Positions 11,074 through 24,206 are shown, numbered from the whole stretch's first letter. The stretch is 61,861 nucleotides of DNA, filler included, from Globobulimina sp. (GCA_003354225.1; 28 parts of 28 records of this genome joined end to end with filler, not necessarily neighbours in it), one strand, 5' to 3'. Translations and numbers: made by a program. Notes: generated from the letters alone by a model not told the origin.

Positions 11074-13186
11074 ATATCAGCCGGAGTATCAAGAGATGTG
11101 TTTGGAACATTTCCATTAAAAGGAAGACCATTAAATGTACGTGGTGTAGATGCCATCAAAATAATGAAAAATCAAGAAATATCAAACCTTAAAAAAATAT
11201 TAGGTTTAAAACAAGGATATAAATATACATCTTTATCATCATCAGAGGGACTTCGATATACTGGCTTAATCATACTTACAGATCAAGATTTTTTCGGATT
11301 CTCCATTAAAAATCTCATATTGAATATATTTCATGTATTCTGGCCAGAATTATTAAAACTTGGCTTCATTCATTTTGTTAATACACCAGTATTAAAAGCA
11401 ATAAGCAAAAAAGAAACGCATACATTTTATTCGATGCAAGCTTTTGAAAAATGGTCTGTTGTAAATGATGTAAAGAAATATCACATTAAGTTCTTTAAGG
11501 GATTGGGCGGACATGACAGCAAATCGGCAAAAGAAGCATTATCAAACATTGAAGATAAATTAATTAAATATACATTCACAACTGACAAGGATGACAAAGC
11601 TATGAAATTGGCATTTGACAAAAGTTTAGCAGATGACAGAAAACAATGGTTAATGAATTATGATCGCAATAATGTATTTGACCCAGTTGTCAGAAATCTT
11701 TCACTTGATGACAGTATTAATAAAGAATTAATTCATTTCTCAAAATATGATACCGCAATCGCAATACCAAGTGCTTTAGACGGTCTCAAAAATTCACAGA
11801 GAAAAATATTATATACTGGATTAAATTATGTAAAAGGCGAAACCAAGATCGCACGTCTCGCGGCAAAGATAAGTGAAGTCTCAGATTATCACCACGGTGA
11901 GAAATCATTAGAGAGTGCTCTAGTCGGTATGGCGCAAAACTTTGTTGCCAGTAATAATTGCAACTTGTTTGAACCATTAGGACAATTCGGAACACGTATT
12001 ATGGGTGGAAAAGATTTTGCGAGTTCTCGATATATATTCACGGAATTAAGTAAAATTACGAAAAAAATATTTAGAGATTCAGACTCTGTTCTTTTAGAAA
12101 GAAATATGTCAGATGATAATGACCCAATTGAACCTCGGTTTTATGCACCATGTATTCCAGTAATATTAATTAATGGAGCTCGTGGTATTGGAACTGGTTT
12201 CTCAACAAGTATATTACCGCATAGTGTTGAAGATGTTGTTAATGCAGTTAAAGATAAATTAAATAATAAAAAAGCAAAAAAATTACAACCACATTATCGC
12301 GGATTTAGAGGAGAAATTAACCCGGCTGAATCAAAAAAATATATCGCATCTGGCGCATATACAATTGATGAACCAAAAAACACAATAATTGTAACTGAAT
12401 TACCACCAGGTGTATGGACTGAGACTTATAAACAATATATTGAAACCCTAATTATTGATAGAAGCGCAGATAAAAAATTACAAAAGAAACAATTTATTAA
12501 GAACTACTTAAATTATTCATCGGAAAAAACCGTACGATTTGAAATTGAAGTTGAAAAGAAAATCTTTAAAGAATTAATGAAAAAGAAATCTACAATTACA
12601 AAATTGCTAAAATTAGAAACATCATTATCCGAAACAAACATGTATCTGTTTTATAAAGATGACAAAATCAGAAAATTTAAATCGGCAAATGAAATATTAG
12701 ATTATCATTATGCGATTAGATTACATTATTATGAATTACGAAAACAAAATATGATTAAAACATTATCAGCAAAAGTCACCGAATTAAAAAATAAATCTCG
12801 ATATATCAAGAGCGTAAATTCAGAAGAAATTAAACTACTTAGACAAACCGAAGAAAAATTAATTGCACAATTAGAAAAAGCCAAATTTGTAAAAATTAGT
12901 AACAATAAAGGAGTATTATCATATGACTATTTATTAGATATGAGACAACGTGCATTAACAATGAAATATGCAAATAAACTTGAAAGCGATTATAAAGAAT
13001 TAAATAAACAATTAGATGCATTAAAACGAAAAGATATTAAGGATATGTGGAGAGAAGATTTAGATGAAATCTTAATAGAAAATGAAAAATATAATGATAA
13101 ATTAACACATGATATGGAAGAAGAATTAAAGGAACAAGGAAAAGGTAAAAAAACAAAGAAAGCAGCTAAAAAAATTAGAAAAGTAC
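11074..13186 (+). CDS. TOP2: type IIA DNA topoisomerase (TOPRIM to C-gate), 5'-partial, giant-virus-like
   Basis: FPLKG, LRY, TDQD, KGLG, DGLKNSQRK, YHHGE, catalytic SSRYIFT, GIGTGFST; intronless and very AT-rich. Confidence 0.93.
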
Positions 13187-13286
13187 NNNNNNNNNNNNNN
13201 NNNNNNNNNNNNNNNNNNNNNNNNNNNNNNTTAATTAATTAANNNNNNNNNNNNNNNNNNNNNNNNNNNNNNNNNNNNNNNNNNNN

Positions 13287-13428
13287 GAGCAAGCCGCGAA
13301 CACCGCAAAAATCTACGGCCAGTCACGCCTCAATGGCGATGGCGTGATCGCAAAAGACGCCACTGACCTCCCGGAACTACAGCAACTGATCGCCGAGATC
13401 ATGGATTGCCTCGGAGCCGAAACGGACG
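13287..13428 (+). other. foreign GC-rich coding fragment, probably bacterial, fused to NOL10
   Basis: reads EQAANTAKIYGQSRLNGDGVIAKDATDLPELQQLIAEIMDCLGAETD in a different frame from NOL10, with no splice junction. Confidence 0.5.
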
Positions 13429-15013
13429 AAGATGCTCTGTGGTGCTACGAGACCACCGATGGATGGAATTCCATACTCGACACGGCAGACATTACAATTT
13501 GCGAATGCCGGTGATTGGGACTTGTATGGCTTACAACCGACCAATGTGCGAATTGTACACTGGCACCATAAAGAACATTGTGTTGCGCGCCAACCTGGAA
13601 CAGGGCCGTTACTATGCTCCGTTGGAAACTTCCTTGGATTATATCACGAGCTGCGATACGGATCGGACGCATTTACTGACTGCCTTTGGCGACGCAAACG
13701 GTGTGATCGAATGCTGGGATCCCAGGCATAATGCATGCATTGCCAAATTGGACATATACGATTCCATTCCGTCGCTATCGCCCGTTCCGAGTGTGACCAA
13801 ACTGAGATTCGGCACTGATGGGCTGACGTTGGGCGTGGGTCTCAGCGACGGCCATTTGGGCATTTATGACTTGCGGCGGCTGAAACCTTTGCATGTCCTG
13901 AGCCATCGCAACAAATTGCCGGTGGTCGACATTGCGTATCACCAACAAAGCAGTAAGATCATAAGTTGCGATGCGCGAACTATCAGATACTGGGAGCAGG
14001 CCACCGGAAAGCTGTACACTGTCATCACGCCGGCGGAGCGGGTCAATAATGTGGCAGTGGTGGAGAATTCTGGCGTTATCTTTGTGGCTCAGGAACAGCA
14101 TCGGATTGGTGCCTATTATGTGCCGTCGGTGGGGATCGCACCGAAATGGTGTCCCTTTTTGGACGGAATGACGGAGGAATTGGAGGAAAGCAAATATAAA
14201 TCCATTTACATCGATTATAAGTTTGTGTCTCGCGACGAATTGGAGGCGTTGGGCATGGAACATTTGATTGGAACTAACATTTTGAAGGCGTACATGCACG
14301 GATTCTTTATGGATATTAAGTTGTATCGGCGAGTCCGCAGCATTGTGGATCCCGATGCTTATGACAAATTTCTGAAAGCCAAAACTGAGCAAAAAGTGGC
14401 CATGCAAAGAGTTGGCAGAATTAAGGTCAAAGGAAAGTTGCCGAATGTTAACAAAAGTTACGCCAATTTCTTGTTGAAGACAAAAGGCCAGGAAAAGGAT
14501 ACTATGCTGAATCCATTGGTGGATCCTCGATTTAATTCGATGTTTAAAGACAAGGATTATCAGATTGACTTCGCCAATGATAAATATTTGCGGAATCACC
14601 CTGAGATTAAATATGCAATGCACCAGATTAAGTATCAGGAATTGGTGGGAGACAGCGTGGAGACGATGGAGGCCGATAAAAAGGACGAGTTTGATCGGGA
14701 TATTGAGGCGGATGACATTATGGTTAGCGGAGAACATAAGAATATCACTTATGATGATAAGTTTTTGCGTGCAAATGAGAATACGAGCACTATGAACAAT
14801 GATTATACGAAAGAAACCCGATTGCCAGTCTTGCTGGAGAGTGATCAGAGTGATGATGAGGATATGGATCAGGACATGGATGGCGTTCAGGATTTCATTA
14901 CGGTTGAGGAGGATGAGGTTGTTGATGAAGAGGATGAAAATGAGGCAAGTTGGGATGAAGGAATGGCAGATTTTAGCAAATTAAGACGATTGGATGTTGA
15001 AAATGTAAATTAA
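13429..15013 (+). CDS. NOL10: nucleolar protein 10 (Enp2), WD40 protein, 5'-partial
   Basis: EFHT..G.HY..RMP, NLEQGRY, GIAPKWCPFLDGMTEELEE, DYKFVS, LKAYMHGFF, DPRF..MF. Confidence 0.92.
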
Positions 15014-15125
15014 ATTATGATACACTTGATTGATTGATATTGTTTGTACTGAATCTTTAATTAATTGAGTTAACGTGATACTTATAAGTTTTTTTAATTA
15101 ATGAAAAACGTACTTTGGTTGGTTC

Positions 15126-15400
15126 ATGGATTCCACACAAGAAACAGCAGCATTGACGGAGCCATATATTATTGAAGCAGACCAAAAGCCAAAAGAAACA
15201 AGCAATGAATTTGAATCCTCTGAAGAAGCAACATCACCATTAATTGCTGGCTCATGTTCAAGATCTCCATTAATACCAATCGATTTAAATGAGCGTGAAA
15301 CCAGATTGACATTATGGTCCATTGCATATTTCATATTTTGTATTTGTGAATTTAGTGCCAATGCAATCTTAGCCGATGAAAACAGTATTTCTCCAAAATC
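15126..15400 (+). CDS. N-terminus of a membrane protein, 3'-partial
   Basis: acidic N-terminus then a hydrophobic helix; runs into the linker. Confidence 0.4.
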
Positions 15401-15581
15401 NNNNNNNNNNNNNNNNNNNNNNNNNNNNNNNNNNNNNNNNNNNNTTAATTAATTAANNNNNNNNNNNNNNNNNNNNNNNNNNNNNNNNNNNNNNNNNNNN
15501 TTTATAAAGTATTTTATCCTCGCACATACGTAAAGTCAACATTAGAACTCTGTATGCGATATAAAAAAAACTTACTAAAAA

Positions 15582-17504
15582 ATGGGAACTTGTGCAAATA
15601 TAAAAAAGAGAAACTTTAATACCAATGCCAAAATTGTAAATGATGAACAAATAGAAAAATGTCAAATATATGCCATTGGTCGCAAACAATCTAAAAAGTG
15701 TCAAACATTCCAAACATTGACACCAAATTATCATCTCAAAAACAAAAATATAACCAATATATATTGTACTTTGAACCAAAACATTTACAGTAGTGGTAAT
15801 AAACAATTTTGGTTTGATCGCTCCAAAAGAATTGAACAAATTTTGTACTTTGAACAAAATAACATTGAAATAACCAAAGTGATCACACAGTCATTCTCTG
15901 ATAAAATATATTGGATTTCAAAGAGTAACATGGTTTATCATCAGCAAAACAATAAATTTCAACAAATTCCTGACATTTTTGATGTAATAGATATTCAACA
16001 ACAAACAAAAGTGATCCACGAATTGCATAGAAATAAAGTACGGTTTCAATCATTACAGACATTTTGTTATTGCCTATGCAATCACAGTATGAGCATACAA
16101 TTAATAATAAATAATTGGCACTTTGACCCAATACCAAATGAGATATTGCGCCAAATCATAAATTATCACGGGAATGCGAATGAAATTTACATTCAAACAA
16201 ATAGTCAACAGCATGAATGGAAGAAAGTGGCATTTTTCAGAGATAAACAAATCACCAAAATAGTATCTGGTCGGAGTTATACTCTGTTTCTAGATTCGGT
16301 CGGTGTTGTTTGGTGCAGCTACAATCCACAAAGAATAAAAAAAATAGATTTATCAAATCAAAATAGTTGGCCTTATAATCCAATCAAAATGGTTGATGTG
16401 CTGCGTAGCAAAGATGATGTCTATGAATGTGGTCTTGCTTTGGATGCTAATCACAATATTTACCAATTCAAAAAAAGTAAGAAAGCAGTTTTAGTTCTAA
16501 ATATGAAGCGATATAAAATTATTCAAATACAATGTGGATCAAACCATTTCTATGCGAAAACTGAAGATAATAAACATTTTCTTTGGGGAGGAAATAAATT
16601 CAATCAATGCATAACGAATGAATCAGATAATATAAATTCTCCTTATTGCATCAACCAAGCAGTCTACGAGCAAACTAATGGAGGAATCATAAAATCAGTG
16701 TTTTTGGGTGATTATAGTACAGAAATTATCCTTTGTAATAAGGAACTTGGTGAGGATATATTTATGGATCCAATCTGCGGCGCTGACATTTATGTTTCTG
16801 CAGTTGAGATGGATGCAGTGGTAAAATTGATAGTAACTTGGAATAAGCACTCCGTGCCAATATGTTGCCTCTCAGATAAAGTTATAGCTGATTATCATCA
16901 TCGAATTGAACGTGTCGTTCATAATAGATTTGGATTGGGATCATTTGGGAAGTTTAAGATTAGAGGAATATGTCGAGAGACAATGATGATTGATATGGCT
17001 TTGGGGAATACATTGTATAAATTAGAAGAACAGATTAAAATTAAAGTAAAGTATAATGAGAATAATGTCGAAGTTATGGATTACTATCAACTACAAACAT
17101 TAAATGATATATTTGTGAAATACGCAAAAATCGTGCCATCGGACGTACATATTTATTTGAATGGGAACTCGTTTATTTATGATATAAATGATATAAATAA
17201 ATCCTTGGATGAAATAGGAGTATCTCACGGTTCATTAATTTTTGTTAAAAATGTTGTTTTGGAGAATGAGCGGTGTTGTCAATTTGTTAAAGGTCTTGAT
17301 GGTAAGACGGAAATATACGATGTCAATCTAAATTGGAAGGTGTTTGATTATAAATATTTGATATATAAAAAACATGGAATTCCGATTGATTTGATAAGAT
17401 TGATATGCTGTGGAAAACAATTAGCGGACGGCTACATTTTATCGGATTATGGAATTCAAAACGAATCAACGTCTCATTTGGTACTTAGAAATCGAGGATC
17501 TTAA
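15582..17504 (+). CDS. RCC1-repeat protein with F-box-like insert and C-terminal ubiquitin-like domain(s)
   Basis: [35 protein letters not shown]-terminal FVKGLDGKT...[40 protein letters not shown]. Confidence 0.8.
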   Translation: MGTCANIKKRNFNTNAKIVNDEQIEKCQIYAIGRKQSKKCQTFQTLTPNYHLKNKNITNIYCTLNQNIYSSGNKQFWFDRSKRIEQILYFEQNNIEITKVITQSFSDKIYWISKSNMVYHQQNNKFQQIPDIFDVIDIQQQTKVIHELHRNKVRFQSLQTFCYCLCNHSMSIQLIINNWHFDPIPNEILRQIINYHGNANEIYIQTNSQQHEWKKVAFFRDKQITKIVSGRSYTLFLDSVGVVWCSYNPQRIKKIDLSNQNSWPYNPIKMVDVLRSKDDVYECGLALDANHNIYQFKKSKKAVLVLNMKRYKIIQIQCGSNHFYAKTEDNKHFLWGGNKFNQCITNESDNINSPYCINQAVYEQTNGGIIKSVFLGDYSTEIILCNKELGEDIFMDPICGADIYVSAVEMDAVVKLIVTWNKHSVPICCLSDKVIADYHHRIERVVHNRFGLGSFGKFKIRGICRETMMIDMALGNTLYKLEEQIKIKVKYNENNVEVMDYYQLQTLNDIFVKYAKIVPSDVHIYLNGNSFIYDINDINKSLDEIGVSHGSLIFVKNVVLENERCCQFVKGLDGKTEIYDVNLNWKVFDYKYLIYKKHGIPIDLIRLICCGKQLADGYILSDYGIQNESTSHLVLRNRGS

Positions 17505-17716
17505 ACAATTGTATTTCGATTAATTTACTTGTCATCTTTTACATAATTTTTTGTTGTTGGTCTTTATCGATATATTCCAAAAGATACCATGTCGATAAGT
17601 TGTTTACATTTGGTNNNNNNNNNNNNNNNNNNNNNNNNNNNNNNNNNNNNNNNNNNNNTTAATTAATTAANNNNNNNNNNNNNNNNNNNNNNNNNNNNNN
17701 NNNNNNNNNNNNNNCC

Positions 17717-18818
17717 ATTGCAAAGCAAAAAGCTGAGCAACAGGAAAAGAAACTGAATGAATCGAGAGCTGACAAAGCGATTGAAATATCAATCAACTTT
17801 GGCCAGGGACATGCAGTGAAAATCAATGAGGTTAAAGATGGCCGCAAACAGTATGTGTTTGACTCTATCGATCGAGAAAGAGCGGCAAATCCAAAGGAAA
17901 AGAATGGAGCAGGAATGCAAAGTGGATAGCAACCATCAAAAACATCAGAGCGTGTATCATAACTCTTCATTGACGGGCAACGCATCCAAGATTTATGCCT
18001 CTTTGCAGAAGATGCTCGACGCCGAAAAGGAGAAAGCTAAAAATATCAAGAATAAGCTGGAAAGCGACACTGCAAAGAACGGAGACTGCGCAGTGAGTCA
18101 ATTAAAGGACAAATTCGTGCAAGAAGCAAACAGCGACATTGAGGACGAGGATGAGAAAAAAGCAGTGTTGTATTTGTCTAAAAAGCAGCAAAATAAAAAC
18201 TTTGGCAAGAAGCTGAACAAAAAGGCGCGATATAAGGACAGCAGCGACCATGGCGTCTGTTTGTCAATGCATCAGCCGTGGGCCAGTTTGCTTGTGTCCG
18301 GCATCAAAAGAGTGGAGGGACGCAGCTGGAGCACGCAGTATCGAGGGCGGCTATGGATTGCCTCGGCGAGAAGGGAGCCGACGCCGTTTGAAATTGAACA
18401 GGTTGAGCAGGAATATTGCTGTGTTTATAGTATGGATAAGAATGACATTCCGTTTCCAAAAGAATATCCGACCACAGCGCTGCTGGGTTGTGTGGATGTG
18501 ATCGACTGTTTGGCCAATGAGCAATATCAAGAGCGATATATAAAGAATGGACTGTCGGATGAAAATAATTCCTCTGCGTATTGTTTTATTTGCGAGAATC
18601 AAAGGAAATTAATATTGCCTGGCGCTATCAGCGGGGAACATAAGTTATGGAAAATGCCGTTTGAACGCATAAAATCTATGCAATCTGGATTGATACCATG
18701 CGATTTGTCATGGCAAACGGTAACGGTTAGGGATAATGGTAGGAATCGGAAGGGATTGGAAAATGATGATGACGAAAGACTGCAAAAGGTTATTGCGGAT
18801 TCCTTGCAACAACAATGA
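17717..18818 (+). CDS. ASCH-domain protein (ASC-1/TRIP4-like), with a frameshift or short intron near 17851-17896
   Basis: CLSMHQPWASLLVSGIKRVEGRSW..YRGRLWIAS, FPKEYPT..LLGCVDV, GEHKLWK. Confidence 0.85.
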
Positions 18819-19031
18819 TTTAATTGTCTTTTTTTTAACTCCACGGTAACTTTCAAAACCACCCGTTTGATTCGCCTGCAATGTTTTCTTCAAAAATCTT
18901 TAGTAACATTTAAATCCTTAAATGACAGCTATGGAATAAATTATAATGTACAATTCTGATGATTTGATATTGCGACGTCATACACATATTATCAAGACGT
19001 ATATTATGAGATATTTTTTCCTACAAAAAAA

Positions 19032-19828
19032 ATGTCAACCACAAAATCTCTGCATATAAATACAACCACTTCCTTTGATAAATTGGAGAAAGATTTTGAG
19101 AGAGTATTAAATGAATTAATTTCAGATAAATCGTTAGAAAAATTCCGTGGAGAATATGAGAAATTGCATAGTGCGCTGCAGCGATCGCATGGCAATGAGA
19201 AAAAATTAATTGTAAAATGCCGTGAATTAAATGAAGAATTAGTGTCAAATGCGTCAAAAGTCGGTAAAGCAATGCAATTATCGTCAGAGGACCAAAATAG
19301 TATCGCTTTATTAAAAAACGAGATTGATAAAGCATGGAAAATGGTGGATTCAGCACAAGAAAAAGAGAAAAAGGCTAAACAAACGATCCAAAGCTTGCGT
19401 GCAGAAATACAAAATTTAGCAAAATTAATTGAAAAAGGCGCAGGTTTGAATATTGGACAAGAATCGACAGTCAATGAATTACTGCGAATCAAAGAGGAAT
19501 TGACGAAAGAGGCTGAAAATAATGATAAACAAATCGAATTGCAACAAAAAGAAATAACAGATTTACATTCCGAATTGGTTGCAAATGAAGACAATAAAAC
19601 CAAATTCGAATCCAAAATCAAAGAATTAAACAAATCATTAACTAAAACAAAACAAGACTTATCTCGATATTCACGAAAATCGCAAAGATCTGAAAAACAA
19701 TTAATTGAAATAAATAAACATTTGGACGAAAATAAATTAATTGCAAAGCAGCAAAATGCAGCAATTTTTGCTAAAGACAATGAAATAAATAATTATAAAA
19801 ATATTTTGAAAATAAAAGATGACAAAAT
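19032..19828 (+). CDS. CFAP58: cilia- and flagella-associated protein 58, 3'-partial
   Basis: LEKDFERVLNELISDKSLEKFRGEYEKLH...KCRELN...EIDKAWKMVD coiled coil. Confidence 0.85.
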
Positions 19829-20022
19829 NNNNNNNNNNNNNNNNNNNNNNNNNNNNNNNNNNNNNNNNNNNNTTAATTAATTAANNNNNNNNNNNNNNNN
19901 NNNNNNNNNNNNNNNNNNNNNNNNNNNNTTTTATTTCAGAAAACATCATCTGAAATAATCCAGGAAATTATCTGACTATTAAGTTAATTTGTATTTCAGA
20001 AATTCCTCTTTTTTGTATGTAA

Positions 20023-20587
20023 TCAAAAAAACTTAAAATATAATAATTGGTTGAACAGCATTTCCGCAGTGTCAACGTCTTGAATTTGATACGCAGAATG
20101 AAACAATGAATACAAAACGGTTCTCAATGTTTGAATGTTTGACAGTTGTAAATGTTGCGGACATAGTTTGCAAATTTGAGTCATTCTTTCATAAAATAGT
20201 TTTGGTGTTTTTGTGCGCAATGCAAGAGGTTGTAAAAATTGAATCATTTGTTCGTTTGTGATTTTATGCCATTGGATATTCTTTCTTTCCATTAGAAGTG
20301 CGTCTAAAATGGCAGTATCATTGCAATACAATAATGTATTGTCGACATATCTTAATTGTGACAGATTAATGTAATGATGGAACCTATTATTAGTTGAATA
20401 AACAAAGATAAACAAAAATTGAATGATAAAATGTGTTGATAACATGTTTGTTTAATAGCAGTATAACGATGGTCGATAATTTATTAATGTTGTTTGCACT
20501 CTTTAAATGTTTTTTAGTTGAAATCACTCTGTGACTCTGACACTGGATAATCATGTTTAGAAATAATGAAAAAGTTGGTTTAATCAT
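20023..20587 (-). CDS. hypothetical helical protein in two overlapping ORFs (intron or frameshift)
   Basis: ORFs 20390-20587 and 20023-20445; no motif recognised. Confidence 0.3.
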
Positions 20588-20627
20588 TTTTATGGTTCAA
20601 ATTTTCCTGTTAATTTATTTATTCACA

Positions 20628-21790
20628 CTATAATTTGCTTTGTATTATGTCACTCTCAAATTTTAATCCAATTTGTTTCCTAACTTCATCACTTATTTGT
20701 ATATTCAACAACATTTCATTCCATGTATACCCATTGGATTGCAATAATCCTTTATCTAAACATTGTGTAACTTCCTCTATTTCATATATAAACGCCTGCG
20801 AATTTGGAAAAACAAAGCCATTCTTATACTTAAATTGAGCAATATTCTCAACGGGAAACTCTTTCCTTTCCATCAATTTCTGTTCTCTCCCACTCGTTGC
20901 ATATAATTCAATTTTTGTTGGACAATGTTGGCTTATGTTGCGGAGAGTTTATTTTAATCCGCCCTTTTGCCCCAACAATATGACATTCTTCAGCTGTTTT
21001 AACAAACATATTACAATTTATTTGAGCATATTGACTGCTGTCCTCATACAATACATTAATGGCAACAATGGTATCAACATTATATTTATCATCAATACAA
21101 CCAACCGCCGATATGGTGCTTGGCATTCTAGCTCCAAATACACGAAGCAAAGGGTCATAAATATAGCATCCCAACCCCATGAAACCGCCGCCCACTAATT
21201 TATTCTGCCATGTTTGTGGTGAATCCTTTGGTTTACTTCGAGATACACCAAAATCACACGACATATACATTGGAGTACCTTTTGTGAATACAATTGCAAT
21301 GCTTTCAAAGTCTTAAGAAGCAGTACAAGTACAACACAGTGAAAATACCAATGTTTCCGGCATCGATCCATTTTTTGCACTGTAAAACCGCGGGGAAATA
21401 CCTGGTCCAAATTCCTTCCAATAAAAATAGCTTATTCCTGCGAGCACAATCAATCATTGCCTTCACTTCTTTGCGATTTATCCCGATTGGTTTTTCACAT
21501 AACACATTTTTGCCATTTTCTAAACACATTATAACGTTTGAATAATGCGCCGGATGTATTGTACCAACATAAACAATATCAATCTGATCATCTTTGGCTA
21601 ATTGTTCGTAGCTGTCATAATATGTATTGATATCATATTTGATGGCAAACTCTTTGGCTGACGATAACTTTCTCGCTGCACATGCTTGTATTTGTGCTCG
21701 ATCGTAACCTGTCAAACAATTGCAAAAATCACTGGACACTCTGCCACATCCAATAATACCCCATCTATACACTTTATCGCATGCAGCCAT
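20628..21790 (-). pseudogene. DHDH: Gfo/Idh/MocA oxidoreductase (DHDH-like); intron 21279-21348; 10-nt frameshifting insertion at 20925-20934
   Basis: RWGIIGCG, DIVYVGT.HPAH, GKNVLCEKP, EGIWTRYFP; removing 10 nt restores SPQHCPTKIELY in frame with the last ORF. Confidence 0.8.
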
Positions 21791-21834
21791 TTAAAGCCTA
21801 AAGCCGATATTAACAAAAAACATTTTTAAATGAA

Positions 21835-22042
21835 ATGGCAGCAACGATGGCACCAAATGGCCACATCGTTACTCAATCCGAGCAATTCTTTGGTGGCGTC
21901 CAACTACAAATCTCCATTGACCACAACATAAAAAACACGTGGGTCTGTCCGTCCTGCGGCTGCAGCAATATGGGCAAGAGCAACTCCTGCGGCTTATGCG
22001 GTTTACTCAATCCCAAATACACCATCAAAGCCAGAGATATGC
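21835..22042 (+). CDS. RanBP2-type zinc-finger protein, 3'-partial
   Basis: WVCPSCGCSNMGKSNSCGLCG. Confidence 0.6.
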
Positions 22043-22142
22043 NNNNNNNNNNNNNNNNNNNNNNNNNNNNNNNNNNNNNNNNNNNNTTAATTAATTAANN
22101 NNNNNNNNNNNNNNNNNNNNNNNNNNNNNNNNNNNNNNNNNN

Positions 22143-24048
22143 TGTACTGATTTATTAATATCAATATCAAATTACACGTGATATCATTATTGATATTGGT
22201 CAAATTCAACAGCAATTGGAAGGTAATCGTAATTATATCAATAGTATGGTCATCATATTCGTGCATATGAGCATGTGCATTATTTGCGCTCTCCTCGTCG
22301 TTATTTAACGTACTTAATATGTTTAATATATGTTGGCAGCCACCGGCATTCATAATGATTTTCTTATTCTTGTCATTCAACGTCGAGCCATTCCATGAAA
22401 TCAAATTATTCAACACATTCAAACTCGAAATAATCAGCAACTTATTATTAAAATGCTTCGTATTCCATGAGATAATAATATTAAATATGCATTCAATGCC
22501 TCCATAATCCACCGCAAACGCAATGCATTCGTCGTTTTCCTTGGTCATCTTCTCCAAAATGCCGCACGCTCTCATCATCACTTTATTAATCTTGCTCGAA
22601 ATGGACAAATAGCGCAACAATATGTCAATCATACACTTTATAATATATCCGTTGTCGTTGCTATCCCGGCTGCTTTTCCTCACATTTTGCCGGTCGCGGC
22701 CCTGCCGCAGACACAACACAATGATGTCTAAGATACCAATCAATAATCCGCTCCATAGGCTATTATTCCCCATCAAGATGATCGTGATCAAGTCGCAGAG
22801 CACGCTGATCGCGTTTAGATTTTTGAACAACTTCCAGATATAATCATTATTATTGCTCATAAAAAACGCTTTTATCTCCATCAACGTGTGAATAATCGCT
22901 TCATTATCGTTCAAAATGCCGTTGTTGACGCGACTTTTATCGCATTCCTGCTGTATATAAATAATCCAATCGCGCAACTTCTTGTACTCCAAATCGCTGT
23001 TTTTAATCTGTTCCCGTTCCAGTTTCTTGTAGAAATTGCTGACCTGCTTCGCGTGGCCATGTCCGCGCTCTCTCTTCTTTTCCTCCACTCCGCCGCTGCC
23101 GCCGCCAGATTCCAGCACAGCTTTATTAATATCCACGTGCAAAGACCGCAATATCCCTTTGGACAAATCAGCAGCCTCAGCGCCATGAGTCTGGATCACG
23201 TACACTGCGAACTGGACGGTGCGGTCCATTTGCATGTTGTGCTTACAATCCCTATTGATCCAAAACTGCGCATTGTCAATGTCCTCAATGATGGTCTTAA
23301 TGACTTGCAACGCATACAACACAAAGTCGATGTGTTGATACGGTGAAATTATGCTTTGCTTGATCTTATTGAATACAGTGTGATATAATATCTCTTTGCC
23401 GCTGAAGTTCACCGCCAAAACCTGCAATATTTTCATGTCCACTCTGGCCGAGGAAGCAGCGGTTAATGTAAATAGATCGTTGTCGTTGGGAGCCTTCGAC
23501 GATAAATGGTGGTGTCGGACCATTAGCGACTTGCTCAGATATTGGATGACGTTGTTTTCATTGGTGAACTTAATGAAATTCTCATCCGCGACATCGTATA
23601 AATTGTCTAAGATTTCCACGATGCATTCGCGGATTAAGTCATCTTTGATCTCGAGACAAGACAAGAAATGTACAATGATGATATTACTGCTATGACAGTG
23701 TAGCAAACCATCAATGCATTCATCGTGTCCATTGCCGGCAAACTCGCGCAATTTCTGTAGGATATCACGCAAACTCTCCACGTAATCACCTGCGTTTTTG
23801 CCGCGTGACTCTATATACTTTGCGTAGTATTTCCCGAATTTGTTCCATAATTTGTCATTGCCGTTGCTAGTGTGGTTGCTCATGGTTCTTTTCTTAGTTT
23901 TCCTGTTATTTGAGGGCGCTTTGATTGATTTATGTCGCTTTTTATATGTAATCGGTGGTTTTTCTTCCTCACTGTCACTATATTTCTCCTCTACTTCCTG
24001 TATTTCAGCTAATTGCGATCTTTCCTGTTCAGCCTTCCTTTCCGCCAT
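22143..24048 (-). CDS. ARM/HEAT-like helical repeat protein, partial
   Basis: 635-codon open frame with ARM-like units (AVDYGGIECIFNII, IMNAGGCQHILNIL); begins right after a TTATTTAG acceptor-like site. Confidence 0.7.
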
Positions 24049-24109
24049 CTAAATAATACAAAAAAACAGATATAAAAAACAATATATGTATATCCTTTTG
24101 CACTTAGTA

Positions 24110-24198
24110 AATAATAAATACCCATAATAAATAACCCAATATACATATAATAATACCATAATAAATAACCCAATAAATACCATAATAAATACCAAATA
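24110..24198. repeat. degenerate CCATAATAAATA low-complexity tandem repeat
   Basis: several near-copies visible directly. Confidence 0.6.
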
Positions 24199-24206
24199 AT
24201 TTGTTG

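Noticed and set aside
13775-14737. 320-aa antisense ORF within NOL10 (and 19004-19780 within CFAP58)
   Set aside because: Antisense shadows of conserved genes with no motifs of their own
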